A DNA stretch of 64,000 nucleotides from Lama guanicoe (lineage: Eukaryota). The DNA lies in contig MU053559.1 of the NCBI GenBank assembly GCA_013239625.1, positions 3,144,324-3,208,323 on the forward strand, given 5' to 3'. The notes under the pieces were generated by a model. It searched no databases. It saw only the letters and a list, made by a program, of their open reading frames with translations, and was not told the origin of the DNA. Positions 1 through 12,745 of the stretch are shown here, in pieces (positions within the stretch are counted from its first letter, which is position 1; the number at the start of each line of letters is the position of its first letter). A program made the translations under genes and the position numbers.

Positions 1-330
1 TGTGTCTGTTGAAATCTAATCTCCAGTATGATAGTATTTGGAGGTGGGGTTTTGGGGAGATGATTAGGTCATGAGGGTGAAGCCCTCATGAATGAGATCA
101 GTGCCCTTATAAAGACCTCAGAGAGCTCCCTGGTCCCTTCTGCCTTGTGAGGACAAAGGGAGAAGATAGCCATCTATGAACCAGGAAGCAGGCTCTTACC
201 AGACACTGAATCTGCCAGCACCTTGATCTTGAACTTCCCAGCCCCCAGAACTATGAGAAATGAATTTCTCTTGTTTACAAGTCACCCATTCTATGATATT
301 CTGTTGTATCAGCCCCAACAAAGACTGATT
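1..330 (+). mobile_element. MaLR LTR (MLT1A-like), 5' end at or before window edge
   Basis: Diagnostic MLT1A motifs: gattaggtcatgagggtgaagccctcatgaatg, ccttgatcttgaacttcccagc..agaactatgagaaa. Confidence 0.85.
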
Positions 331-399
331 TATTTACGTAATTGATCCTGTTGTAATAAACATTTTGGTTGTTTGCTTTTCCTCTATGATAAATAATAT

Positions 400-1060
400 C
401 TACCAGAATTAAGGACTTACTATGTTCCAGGCACTGTTCTAAACATTCAAATGTAATAACTGATTTAATCCTCACAGCAAAACTTATGAAGTAAATTTTA
501 TTATTATACCCATTATTGATGAGAAAACTGAGGTGAGAGAGGGAAGTAACTTGCCCAAGATTGTCCAGGTAGTAAGTAGCTGTAGCATCTACATTGGTTA
601 TCAAACTCAACAGCCATTTCCAACACCATTTCCTTCTCCATCTCCATCGGTAGACTACAGAAGCCCAATTCTGCTTTCCCAGCTTTCTTTGCAGCTAGGA
701 GAGGCCAATGAGGCATAAGCAGAGGTTTGGTGGTTGCTTCTGGCAAAGACTTTGCGTGGCTTATCATCTTCAATATGGAAGAGACGATTTAAGATTATGA
801 AGCCATCTTACCATCTCTCAAGCATAAGTGAAAGGCAAAGGGAAATGCAGAGATGCCAGATCTGACATTGCAAAGCCTGCAAACCAATGCCAGGACTTGC
901 CTGTTTTTAGACTTTATATAATGTGAGAAAAATGTACTAAATCTTTAAACCACTGCTGGTCTGCTTTTCTGTAATTGCAGCCTAAAGCATTCCTAGCTGA
1001 TACAGTAGTGGGGCAGGAATTTGGGCCAGACAGGCTGAGTCCAGAGCCCATATTCTTAAT
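400..1060 (-). mobile_element. MIR SINE split in two by the MLT1 LTR at 581-1004
   Basis: MIR core (gagaaaactgagg..taacttgcccaag) at ~400-580, resuming at 1005-1060 (gagtccagagccc..tcttaa). Confidence 0.75.
581..1004 (+). mobile_element. MaLR solo LTR (MLT1J/MLT1I-like)
   Basis: TG...CA ends; 5-bp TSD GTAGC/GTAGT; MLT1J-type 3' end ttgcagcctaaagcattcctagctgataca. Confidence 0.75.
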
Positions 1061-1449
1061 ATCTCCATGATTGTGCACAATTGTGTATCTAAATCATCTG
1101 GGAGAAACATCTTTGCATGCACATATCACTTCTGCTGTTTTATTAAGGAACAAAAGTTGACAGAGTTACGTGTCTGATTTTCTGCTTGTGTCCAAAATCC
1201 AACAGATAAAGAATGGGGGAGGTGAGGCTCAGCAGCAGCACGCATGAGAATGATTGAAATAATTTAATATAAAATACATTTCCTTGGCTTAGCCATGAGA
1301 CACTGAAAATGTTGACCCAACCTGACGTGGACTTAGAGAATCATGATGTCTCCATTGAAGTGTGGCATTTAGTTCTGACAACACCAATTAAGAAATATCG
1401 TGATGACAATATGCTGAGTGAAAGAAACCTAACACAAAAGAATACTATC

Positions 1450-1890
1450 AGAGCAGATCCTCTGAGAAGAAGACACCAAGGCAAGAGTAAATGTGTGAGG
1501 ACTTTATTAGGGGAAATGACTATGACAGAAGCAGGGAGGGAGATGGGCAACCCTGGGAGATCTGTCAAGGGGCTGTGATGTCGCTGGTTTGATCTAAAGG
1601 AAGGCAAGAGGGCAGGGAAGTGGGCAAGAGCATCCTAGACTGTCTCTGGAAGTTTCTGCAGTCTCTGGAAGGTTCAGCAAGGCCCTTAGGATGTCCTCAG
1701 ACCAAAGTCAGCTGTTTCTTGCAAGACTGGCCAGCCTTAGTGCCACGCCTGTGTCAGTCATTGGCTGAGGCAGCCAGTGGGAGGCGTGGCCTCAGTGCAA
1801 ACACCACGATGGATTCTGGGGCCCTTGGTCAGTGATGTGCTCCAGAGTTGGACATCTGCAAGGCGCATTCTTTCTCTTGCCTGCCATTAA
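1450..1890 (-). mobile_element. ERVL LTR (LTR16-like)
   Basis: Pattern gaagaagacaccaag..actttattagggga..ccttagtgccacgcctgtgtcagtcattggctg typical of reverse-oriented LTR16. Confidence 0.6.
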
Positions 1891-2239
1891 GTACGTAATG
1901 TATGATCACATTTATACCAAGTTCTAGAATAAGCAGAACTAATAAATGGTAGAAGAAAATCAGAAGAGTGGTTTATCCTAGGGGCAAGGACTAACTGGAG
2001 AAGTATAAAGAAACTTTCTGTCTTGTATCTTGACAGGGATTGGACCTACACTGGCATATCCATTTGTCAAAATTCAATAAATGTATGCTAAAATTTTGTG
2101 CATTTCATCATACATGAACTTTATATCAAAAGAAAAAAATCTGTAAATAAATTTTAGACTCTAGCTAATGATACGTACAATGAAGTATTTTGGGGAGGAA
2201 GTCTGCAATTTACTTTGAAATGCATCAAAAAATAAGCTA

Positions 2240-2970
2240 GAACTTCACACCCAGTAGGATGGCTACTACAAAAAAAAGAAACTAACAAGTGTTGACAAGG
2301 ATGTGGAGAAATAGGAACCGTTGTGCACTGTTGGTAGGAATGTAAAATGGTGCAGCTGCTATAGAAAATATTATGGAAGTTCCTCAAAAAATTAAAAATA
2401 GAATTACCATATGATCCAGCAATCCCACTTCTGGATATATACCCCAAAGAACTGAAAGCAGGATCTTGAAGAGATAATTGTACATCCATATTCATAGCAA
2501 CTTTATTCACAGTAGCCAAGAGGTGGAAGCAACCCAAATGTCCATGGATGGATGAATAGATAAACAAAATATGATATATACATGCAACTGAATATTATTT
2601 AGCCTTCAAAAGGAAGGAAATCCTATCACATGCTACAACATGAATGAACTTTGAGTACATTATGTTAAGTCAAATAAACTCACAAAAAGACAAATACTAT
2701 GTGATTCCATTTATATGAGGTACCTAGAGGAGTCAAATTCATAGAGACAGAAAGTAGAATGGTGATTGCCAGGAGCTGGGAGGAGGGGGACATGAGGCAT
2801 GGTTTAATAGATGTGGAGTTTCAGTTTTGCAAGATGGAAAATTTCTGGATAGTGGCTGCACAACAATGTGAATACACAAAACCACTGAACTGCTAAACTC
2901 TGCACTTCAAAATTGTTAAGATGGTAAATCTTATGTATGTTTTCCACAATTGAATTTTTTTAATTAAAAA
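2240..2970 (+). mobile_element. L1 3' end (L1MB-type)
   Basis: ORF2 end/3' UTR motifs: gaatgtaaaatggtgcagc, ccagcaatcccacttctgg, gagacagaaagtagaatggtgattgccagg; A-rich tail. Confidence 0.85.
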
Positions 2971-3373
2971 AAGATGGAGCAGTGGTTTGAAAGAGGGATG
3001 AATAAATGGACGAAATACAGCTAAATGTTAATGGTAGAATATGGATGGTGGGTACATGAATGTTCACTGTAAAATGCCACTTTGATCTATGTCTGAAATT
3101 TTTCATTAAAAAATATGGGAGAAATATTTTGTCAAACTGGACCATCTTTAGACAGGAAAGAGCATGATGAGGGAGGGGAAACAAAAGTATCATATGGGCA
3201 ATAGCTGAAAGGACTGTAGATGTTTAACGTGAAGATGAGAAGACTGGAGGCCATGCGCCTTTCCTCCAGGTTGTGAAGGACTGGTGTATATAAGGGGGCT
3301 TTGGCTTTTCAATCTGGCTCCAAGGGGTAGAATCAGAACCACTAGATAAAGGTCTCAGAAGGACAGAAGTATA

Positions 3374-3584
3374 CAGTTGACCCTTGAGCAACACAGATCT
3401 GAACTGCATGTGTCCACTTATACATGGATTTTTTTTCAATAGTAATGCTACAGTACTACATGGTCGTGGTTGAATCCAGGGATGTTGAACTGTGTATATT
3501 CAGGGCCAGCTATAAGTTATACTTGGATTTTCAACTGCAGGGAGGGTCAGCGCCCCAACCCCTGCATTCATCAAGGGTCAACTG
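3374..3584 (+). mobile_element. MER8 (TcMar-Tigger non-autonomous DNA transposon)
   Basis: Perfect 14-bp terminal inverted repeats CAGTTGACCCTTGA / TCAAGGGTCAACTG, flanked by TA on both sides. Confidence 0.9.
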
Positions 3585-3639
3585 TACTTATTAATTGTTC
3601 GATAGTAATTCTGTTTAAATATGGGATCGGGTAGTTCCG

Positions 3640-4397
3640 AGTCCTTGGCAGAGCTCAAGTATGTGTTGGTGAGGAGAGAGACAGAGCACAATTGAATAAG
3701 ACAATTGTCTGCTAGAAATCCCCAGAGCAAACTGGGACAGTGGCTCCCCCATCTCCCAAGGGAAGGTGATGTCACAATGGTATGCAAGTTCCCTAGTCAG
3801 CTGGCATCCAGCTGCAGTACGCTGTCTCTGTTAGGAAGGCCTTTCTCCTGATCATGAGGGTGCCATAGTCACATGCTTGGTTAGATGCTCCCTGAGAGAA
3901 CAGCAGGAAGGGGGGATTCCTGCCCTGGAGCACAACCTGTGATGTATCTAGCAGTTTCCTAGTGTCTGGACTGTGTTCCCACCTGTGCTATCAAGGTGGA
4001 GGAAGAATGTAAAAAATTGCACTCTCTAGTTCCTCCCACCTGGGAGAGAGTTCCAGCAGTCTCCCCGTCCATTTAGAGATGCTCTAGGATTAGTAAATAG
4101 ATTTCCTTCCTGTATAGTCTAGGTGCCTTTCAAACCACTGTTTTTTCACTGTGCCCCAGGGTGGGCCCCTCAATGATATCCCTCTCTATGGCAGGTTGCA
4201 GTGTTGGAGGTGAGGTTCTCACTGATGCTCTGTCTCCATCTCTCCTATTTGTGTCTATGTGGTTCCTCTATTGCTTGTTGTGCTGAAGCTGTGCAATCAT
4301 TCCTCATTTTTCCCTCAGGAGGAATTGTTCTGTCTATAGGTTTAGAGTCATTGTGCCTGTGGGAGGAGGTGAGTCTTCCTATGCCACTATCTTGGAT
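3640..4397 (-). mobile_element. Old L1 5' UTR fragment (L1M2/L1M3-like)
   Basis: caggaggaattgttc..tgggaggaggtgagt..cttcctatgccactatcttg is the reverse of an L1M 5' terminus with a decayed CAAGATGG motif; left boundary uncertain. Confidence 0.55.
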
Positions 4398-4689
4398 GGG
4401 AGCTCAGCGCTCCATTTTCTGATTTGACGATGCCTGCACCCCCAGTGGAGGATGTGACCAGGAAAGAAAATAATCCAGGAGAGGGTAACATCTAGAGAAA
4501 GTTCATTTCAGAAGAGAGCTGGAGGAAGGAGGAAAATCTATTTATTCTTTAGATTAAATTGTATCCGTTCAATTAACTTGGTGGGGTTTCTGTTTCCTGT
4601 CTGGACCCTAAATGATACAGCCAACATGTTTAAAATTGCAGTACACTTATAGTACTCCTTATTTCCCTGGTTAATCATGCTCCTCCCAC

Positions 4690-4795
4690 CAGAAGGTAAA
4701 CTCCATGAGGGCAGGGATTTTCTGTTTTCTTCATTGCTGTAGACATAATGCCTAGGTTGGTACCTAATACATGGTCAAAAAATATATGTTGAATG
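4690..4795 (+). mobile_element. L2 3' end fragment
   Basis: gtaaactccatgagggcaggga..cctagg..tgttgaatga. Confidence 0.7.
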
Positions 4796-5133
4796 ATGTC
4801 CATTATGTGTAGGAAAAGTAAGGTTTGCATGATTCACAAGTGTAACTGGAAGAATAGAATCATTCTTTTTCTTCCCACTGGACTGCAAATGCAGTCAAAG
4901 GCAACCTTTGGGTAAGAAGGTAAATAAATCTTTCTGATGGATTGTTCCAAACATTTTGATCAGGTCCTTGTGTAAGTAATTAAGGAAGCAGCAAATAAGA
5001 TGAGCCGCCAAGGACTCATCAGCAGGGTAGGGTGGCACTTCTTTGCTCCTCTTCCCCCTAGAGAGCAACAAATAAATGGAGAAGTTGTTGAGGGTCAAGG
5101 AATGTAACTAAGTATTACTACTAGTTACTACTG

Positions 5134-5432
5134 CTGAAGGGGAGCAGAATTTGTCAGTGCAAAAATGCCTCTTTGGATTATCTTGAGCTGGTTATTTTTA
5201 AGAAAGAGCAAACGTAGGAAAAAATCTGAAAACCAAATAGAATTTACTCTCTGAAAGAGACATTTACATTTGTGAGAGAAACCTCCATTTGTCAAGGTGT
5301 CTCCCTCTATATCAGGAAGAGAGGGATGAGTAAATCTCTAGGAACTCTTATCAATGGAGAAGGCAAGGACCTAAATCTGCATGACAAACTTATCCTTATT
5401 TACTGTGCTTTTCCTGATAGCTTCCCATGACC
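5134..5432 (+). mobile_element. ERV1 LTR fragment (MER34-like)
   Basis: tgaaggggagcagaat..aaaatgcctctttggattatcttgagctg; resembles the LTR at 8869-9360. Confidence 0.6.
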
Positions 5433-5433
5433 T

Positions 5434-5780
5434 TGTTAAAGATAGCAAGGAGGATGTTATATGTCAGGAACCCCTGCAATGTGGGTTTTCAATAGGGGTA
5501 AGAGATTGGGCTCAAATCTGAATACAGTAGGACAAGTGGAGATTTATAATCAAGGAGCAGGGTAGGGGGTCAGTGGATGGAAAATTACTAAGAGGAAACA
5601 TCAGGGGTACGGAGGATTCTGGCTAAACTGACTTGACAGGATTCTCACCTTCAAACAGGCCACAGTGGTAAGATATCGAGGGTGGGGAATGAGAAATTTG
5701 ATCAGATGTTGGGAGTGGAGATTTTTGCTAAACTGACCCAGCAGGATTTTTGCTTCTTGAAGATTTGCTTTAAGAAATGT
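5434..5780 (-). mobile_element. ERV1 LTR fragment (MER31-like)
   Basis: gagattgggctcaaatctgaatac..ggtcagtggatggaaaattactaagagg..gctaaactgac. Confidence 0.6.
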
Positions 5781-5902
5781 GGTTAATCTACCTTTATGTG
5801 TAATTCAAATCTAAGTCTAAGTGACACATTCCTGGTGAAAACAGAGGGCAGAGATTGATTATCCTCCATACTGCTGTGTTTCCTGTGCTTGGAAGCTATT
5901 TT

Positions 5903-5904
<2 letters not shown>

Positions 5905-5946
<42 letters not shown>

Positions 5947-6375
5947 GAATACTACTCAGCCATGAAAAAGAACAAAATTTTGCCATTTGCAGCAACATGG
6001 ATGGACTGGGAGGGCATTATGCTAAGTAAAATAAGTCAGATAGAGAAAAAGAAATATTGTATGATATCACTTATATGTAGAATCTAAAAAATACAACAAA
6101 TTCATGAATATAACAAAAAAGAAGCAGCCTCACAGATATAGCGAACAAACTAGTGGTGACCAGTGGGGAGGGGGAAGCAGGGAAGGACAATATAGGGACA
6201 GGGGAGTAGGAACTACAAACTATTAGGTATAAAATAAGCTACAAGGATGTATTGTACAACATGGGGAATATTTTATAATAACTGTAAATGGACAACAACC
6301 TTTAAAAATTGTGATCACTATGTTGCATACCTGTAACATATAATATTGTACAGCAACTATATTTCAATGTAAAAA
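5905..6375 (+). mobile_element. Cetartiodactyl-type L1 3' end preceded by a (CA)n microsatellite (5905-5943)
   Basis: gaatactactcagcc, ccatttgcagcaacatggatgga, 3' end ..cagcaactatatttcaatg. Confidence 0.85.
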
Positions 6376-7289
6376 TCCCCAACTTCCATTTTTTCTTTCT
6401 TCTTAGATAATTAATCTCAGTTTCTAAAATTGGTCCTTTCTTTTAAATCTTTGGCCTTTGAATTCTAGTAAATTGTGTTGACCCTTTAGGTTAAAGTTTC
6501 TTTTTGAGGGAAGTTACAGAAAGATTCGATTGCTTGTCTGAAAGTTGTTAAAGGGGTTAAACAGTCTTTTCGCCTTTTATGTCCAATTCCAGGTTCCTAT
6601 CTTACTGAGAACAACCTTACTGTATTGTCTATTTACTTTTTAAATTTTTTTCAAAAATATTAACATTCATATTGATAAATTTTCAAGAAAGTCACCTGGA
6701 GTATGGGGTCAGGATGAGGAGGAAGCAAGTGAGGCATTTAGGCCCTAGGTGGTAAAATATGGTTTTGACTGGGGGCCTGGAGATGAAATAGAAAAACTCT
6801 TGGGTTCCCTTCTGCTTTGTACACCATCACTGACTTATTCTTTTGAACCAGAAGTGTTCACATTACACGTGTTGACTCTGGGGAAGAAAAAAAAAAAAGA
6901 ATTGCTTCTTGAAGACTACAGGGCCTGCGAATATTAAAGGAAGAGTTTCTCCCACAGATTGTGGCCGACACAGCTCTCTCCAGTAGAAAGTGAATTAACT
7001 CAGAGCATCAGTCTCCTAATTAGAAAAGCCAAAGCAATGGTCCTCAAGAGAGGAAGGCATGGAACAAAATCACCCAGGGAACTACACTTATCACTTCTGC
7101 CCATTTCTCTACTCTACCCTCCAGAGTCTGATGGGGGTGAGTATGTCAGGATGGCCCGCGGGAGTGGGTACAGGTGGTTTTGACAAGTCTCCGGCAACAC
7201 AGAGGGGCAGCTCTCTCTCACCCAGTTGGGAATCACTGGACAAAAGAGATCCAGTATTATTTATGAAAGTTTGAAATACATTTTATTTT

Positions 7290-7592
7290 TTTGTTGAAAC
7301 AAATTCTTGTTTTAAGTGAAATATAGTTGATTTACAATGTTGTGTTAATTTCTGGTGTACAGAATAGTGATTCAGATATATATATTCTTTTCACATTCTT
7401 TTCATTATAGGCCATTATAAGATATTGAATATAGTTCCCTGTGTTATACAGTAGGACTTTGTTGTTTATCTTTTTTGTGTATAATAGTGTGTATCCACAA
7501 ATCCTAAACTCCCAATTTATCTCTCCCCACCTCTTTTCCCCCCTGGTAACCATAGGTTTGTTTTCTATGTCTATGAGTCTATTTCTGTTTTG
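7290..7592 (-). mobile_element. 5'-truncated L1 3' end
   Basis: atatagttgatttacaatgttgtg..gaatatagttccctgtg; flanking near-direct repeat tgaaataca(tt/ta)ttatt. Confidence 0.85.
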
Positions 7593-8868
7593 TGAAATAC
7601 ATATTATTGACTCTACTTCTAGGAACCTATTATTCAGAAATGTACACTCATTCGAAGATAAAATACAAGGATGGGAATTACAGCACTTTGTAAGAGCAAT
7701 GATAGTAATAATAAAAATAATAATAGCAACAACAACTTAAAAGTCCATAGGTAGAGGACTGGTTCAAGGTATGATTTAGCCATACTATGAAATTCTATAC
7801 CTTGGTTGGAAAGAACAAGGTAGTTCTTCATGCACTGACATGGAGTGGTCTTCAAGGAATATATCTGGATGGAAAAAGCAAGTTGTACAGCACTATGTAT
7901 AATGTGATATTTTTAAAAACAAAACACAGAGAACAACCAAATCGTGCATATATATGTTTATAAGTGTATAAAAAAATTCTAGAACAAGACACACACGTTC
8001 TTAACACCGGTTACTTACGAAGATGGGAGTAGAATAGAGTTGAATTTTCAGTTTTTTAAATAGACTTTGGCACTCGACCATCTTTTACAACTCACATTTA
8101 TTCACAATTTTTTTCTTTTTTTTTTTTTTTTCCAATGAAAAAGTTCATTTTAAAAAAATTAGCTAAACATTTCTCTTTTGCCTCCCATGGTCATAAATCT
8201 CCTCTCCATCGTGGACTCTTTAGTTATCTTCACCATCACTAGCTCTGTTCATTCACACCCACACCCACACAGCCACCCTGAGCATCATGTGACACATGAA
8301 TAAAGGGAAGTAAACAAAAGTTTTAGATGTTCCTTAGGAGAAGGAAAAAGGGAAGTGTTGGAAAGCACCTCTCGTGTGACTGGCCACTCTGCTTGACGAT
8401 GTGTATGTATTCCTCAAGATGATCCTGAGAGATAGCATTTTATAGATGTTGTCCAAGCCAGTCAGAGTCTCTGTTCTGAATACAGCTTAAAATACGGTCT
8501 TGAGTTAGGGATCAGTAATTCTATCCTTAGGTTGGGCCCTCTTGAGTCTCCATTGGGATTAGTCAACATCTTCCTAATTGGACTTAATGACTTCTGCTTT
8601 AACCCCTTCAGTCTGCCCCAAGAGATGTCTATATTTTTTCTAGCATAAACCTTATATCTCTTTCTTACTTAATAATCTTCAAGGATCAAATATTGCCCAC
8701 AAGACAGCATCAACATCTACAAGCATGGTTTCCAAGTCCCTTCATGATCTGCTCTCTGATAATCTTCTCACTTCTACCTCCTGTCACATGCCTCACCCTT
8801 CCGCAAGCTAGTTTTACTAAGCTACTGGCGATTCCTTGAACGTGCTATTTGTTTTCATTCTTTGGGTC

Positions 8869-9360
8869 TGATGGGATTCAGAGCAGGCCACCCCAAAATA
8901 TGCCACTTTGGCATTTTCATTATTTTGAATTAAAGTTACTTAAAATACAGCTGGTACAAGAAGGCCACTCTAACTCTCCTTTGTCCCCTTGAAATCAGGA
9001 AATAAATCTCCCATGTGAAAAGTACCCTCCCTGTACCAGGAGGGGAGAACGCATCCTTATTACCAGAGACGGAATTCAGGGCCGAGAAGGTTGAATAAAC
9101 AAAACTTGTTACCTTTTCACTAACTTACTACCTGAAACCCAGACTTCTTTGTCTTGTCAATTCTTCACACATTTATTATTTCTCTAAAAAGTGCAAAAGC
9201 TCACTGTTTTGGTCACTTCATTGAGTCTCATATTTGTATGAGCTCCAGTAAGTATGAATTAGATTTGTTTTTCTCCTGTTCATCTGTCTTATGTCAATTT
9301 AATGTTTAGACCAGCCAAAGACCTTAGAAGACAAGAAAGGAAAAGTTTCCCTCCCCTGTG
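8869..9360 (+). mobile_element. ERV1 solo LTR (MER34-like), inserted in an L2 remnant
   Basis: ccaccccaaaatatgccactttggca 5' motif; ttttctcctgttcatctgtc 3' motif; perfect 4-bp TSD GGTC (8865-8868, 9361-9364). Confidence 0.8.
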
Positions 9361-10148
9361 GGTCCTTGTATATACAGAATATTGGAGGTTCTCTGATGAA
9401 TTTCTACCTACCTTTCAAGACCTAATTCCTATGTCTGAAACCTTTTGTGACTCTCTTGAATTGCATCCACTCTACTTACTTCATGCTCTGTATACTTGAT
9501 GTTTTATAGATATTTGTATGTTTTTAAACCGATTTGACTTTTCTATTAGACCTTTAAGTCCTTGAGGATAGTGACCTTATTTTCTTCATTATTTGTATAC
9601 CGAACACCTAGAAGGCATGTCATATACATGAGGAAAATGTTTATTCCATGAATAAATAAAAATAAATGCATAATCTATTGGAATCAGTGTTGGAGGGATA
9701 AGAATTTGGAAAAGAACATATCCAGGAGGGTCATTATTTGAAATAATCTTCTAGGAGTGAAAAGTACAGGTAATTGATCTATAAGATTCGGGCATCAGAT
9801 GACATAGAAGAATTCTCAGGAAGTGAGGGTCTTATTTGAATAAAATGTGATTATCACTGATTGCAAATATTCCCCAGCTTGGGAAGCTTCGACTTTGCTT
9901 TGTATAGAATTGTGTGTTACATACATGTCATCCACACAGTAAACAAAGAAAGAGAAGAAAAAAACCAGATTAATAAGCAAACTCAGTACTAAAAATGTAA
10001 TTCTTGTTTCATACCCAACAGACAAAGTGTGGACAGTAAAGAAAAAAATGTGACTAAAGTGAAGAAGAGTTGTTGCTCAGAGGTATATTTTTTGGTTCTC
10101 TCCCTGAGCACCTGCATAGAGAAAACTGATGTTAAGAGCAGGTGAAGT

Positions 10149-10270
10149 GGAGAGTGTATAGCTCAGTGGTAGAAAGCGTGCTTAGCATGCAGGAGGTCCT
10201 AGGTTCAATAATAAATAAAATAGATAAATAAATAAAACCTAATTACCTCCCCGCAAAATTAAAAAAAAAT
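10149..10270 (+). mobile_element. tRNA-Ala-derived SINE (camelid Vic-1 type), internally deleted
   Basis: tatagctcagtggtaga..gtgcttagcatgcaggaggtcctaggttcaat, then A-rich linker and aacctaattacctcccc tail shared with three other copies. Confidence 0.85.
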
Positions 10271-10647
10271 TCAAAGCTGCAGAGAGAATTAAATAATAAT
10301 TTAAAAAAGAGCAAACCAAGCAGATTCCAATGGCTGAAGGATGATTTTGAAATAGAATATTGACAGTAGGCAACTATACTTTCTTGTAATGACTCATCCA
10401 GGTAAGAACTTCAAAATGTAGTAGCTGTAAAGGAAAGACTCCAGCCAACACTTGCAACTCAAAATGTTTAGGCTGACTCAGGTACGGTGATTATTTTAAC
10501 ACACACACAAACGCACATATACTCAAAACCCAAATATATGTTGATTCAGTTCTATTAATAGGGCTTGGCTTTAGGTCTTAAGAGAAAGGAATAGTGACAC
10601 AGCCCAGGAAGAAAGGAAGAAGTACTTATGGGACAAATATTACCCTT

Positions 10648-11169
10648 AGCGCAGAAAACAGTTAACACAAAACGCCTCACTGCTCATCTTCAGAAAGGCC
10701 TGCTTACGGGACTGGCCCTTGGCTGGAGTCTGGGAACTTGGCTCTCAGGAGAGTTCCCACCATTTCCAGAACTGATAAGGGTGGCTCACGGTACCTAAAC
10801 TGTTTGTGCAAACATTAAAGTTTATGCCGAACACCTGCTTGCCTTGTGGGAGTGTGGCATTTGGGTACGTGCCAGGTGAGGAATGCCTACATGTTCAGCC
10901 CCCAATAAAAACCCTGGGCACCGTATCTCTAATGAGCTTCCACAGTTGGCAACATTTCACGTGTGTGGTCACAACTCGTTGAGGACTCTTGGAAAGTTGC
11001 CCCCGGTCTCCCTTGGACTTGGTCCCATGCGCCTGTTCCCTGTGCTGATTTGTGCTTTGTGTCCGTTCACTGTGATAAATCTTTGCCGTGAGTACAACCA
11101 TATGCCGAGGCCCGTGAGCCCTCCTGTGAATCATCGAATCTGGGGGTGATCTTGGGGACCCTTGATACG
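10648..11169 (+). mobile_element. ERVL solo LTR (MER68-like)
   Basis: gcagaaaacagttaac..agaaaggcctgctt..ggcccttggctgg..tctgggaacttgg; 5-bp TSD CCCTT/CCCTC. Confidence 0.8.
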
Positions 11170-12559
11170 CCCTCAAACACCAAATGTGGATGTTTTATGA
11201 CCTTACTTGAAAATCATTCTTAATACTCTCAAACCCTCTCCCAGTGTATCTCCGTCTTGGACGTGCCGCAAATAACCAGACAAAGCAGAGCCTGCTTTTC
11301 AGAACAATCTCATTGTTACATATATAGTTCTGGAAAATAAAATATAGTTAGAATTTAAAATCCCCCCCCCCCAATTAAGCCAGCTGGTTCTCTCTAAACT
11401 TAAAGTGTCTGAATATGGTAACTGACAATGAAAAATTCTGTAGGCACGTGCAGCCCTCTGGGGATATTCTGTTTTGATGTCAAGGAGCCTGACTCACTTT
11501 TCCAAAATGTGAGATATCCTTTTCTTTCTTTTCCACCTGGCAAATCCTTGCTCAGCCTTCAAGATTGAGTTCAAATGTCACCTTCTTAGTGCAGCTTCTA
11601 AACTCTTCCAGGCTAAATGGGTCCTTCCCTTGTCAGTTTGCACATTGTATTTTGTGCCCACTGTTTCCATAGAATGATCACGTTACATTAAGTTTGTTTA
11701 CCTCTTTCTCTCTTAAACTTTGAGGTTCAGGACTAGGTCTAACCAGCTACCAGTTCCCAGAGCATACCTTAACGTGTGACAAAAAGCAGGTACCCAGAAA
11801 CAACTTGTCACATAATATTAAATGAGTCACTCGGCATCTATTTGATTCATAGATGAATTTCACCGTATTTATGTTTGCAGGACCTTTCATTCATTGTGGT
11901 ATTCCGAGCTATAATTGAGTGAGATCGTGGTTTTGAAAAATTTCTGAGAAGTGTGTTTTACAGCCCTGCATTACTCTTATTATTGTTCGTCGTCAGCATC
12001 GTTGAGCATTTTTATTATTCTAAAAAAAAATATAAGTCCTGCCATTTTGAAAATGTGAAGTTAAGAATCAGTGTAGTATCTCTCGCTAGAGCCAGTATGG
12101 AGCCAGACAGGATCTCATTATAGACAGGATCTCATTTCTTATTTCATCTTATAAGAAACTGACAAGATACGATCACAGAGGAAGCGGCAAAGGACTAACA
12201 GTTGCACTACTTCAAAGCAAACCAGATAACAAGAAAGTGATATTGTCCAGTGTTGTTGGTCTCTTAAAGATCAGCAAGGACCTCCTACTTCCCAAATACA
12301 GTGGCCTTTTCCCCTTAAATTGTAGTGTCTGAAGCTGCTGCCTTCCTGTTTCTGGAGACTCTCTCTTTCCTTGCTTTCCAGGGCGCCACAATCTCTTATC
12401 ACCCTTCCAGCTCTTCTGCCCTTTGTGCACTTTCCTCTTTAGCTTTCCATCCCCCTCCTACCCGTTAAGTGTGTTCTTTCACTCATATTCTCCCCATGGT
12501 GCACTTTTCTTTCTATTACCTCACTTGGAAAATAAGACAGTTCATAATTACTAAGCATT

Positions 12560-12745
12560 TGCTATTCAATTTAAGCTTCAAACTATTATTTAGGGAGTAT
12601 TATTACCCCCATTTTAAAGATGAGGAAACTGAGGCACACAGATTTAGTAAGCAGTCCATGATCACATAGCTCGCCAGGCAGAGAGGCTGGGATTGCAACT
12701 CAGACAGCCTGGTTCCAGAGTCCAGACTCTTAACCTCTCCATCAC
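12560..12745 (-). mobile_element. MIR SINE
   Basis: ccccattttaaagatgaggaaactgaggcac..ccagagtccagactcttaacc. Confidence 0.85.

Larger units (their letters stand above)
1400..3115 (+). mobile_element. Old L1 (L1MC/L1ME-type) 3' end interrupted by LTR16-like and L1MB-like insertions
   Basis: atgctgagtgaaagaaac... resumes at ~1898 (tgtatgatcacatttata) and again at ~2970. Confidence 0.6.

Noticed and set aside
10149..10210. tRNA-Ala-like sequence (also at 30010-30085, 41219-41295, 46660-46738)
   Set aside because: Broken stems, a shared non-tRNA tail, poly(A) and TSDs show these are SINEs, not tRNA genes.
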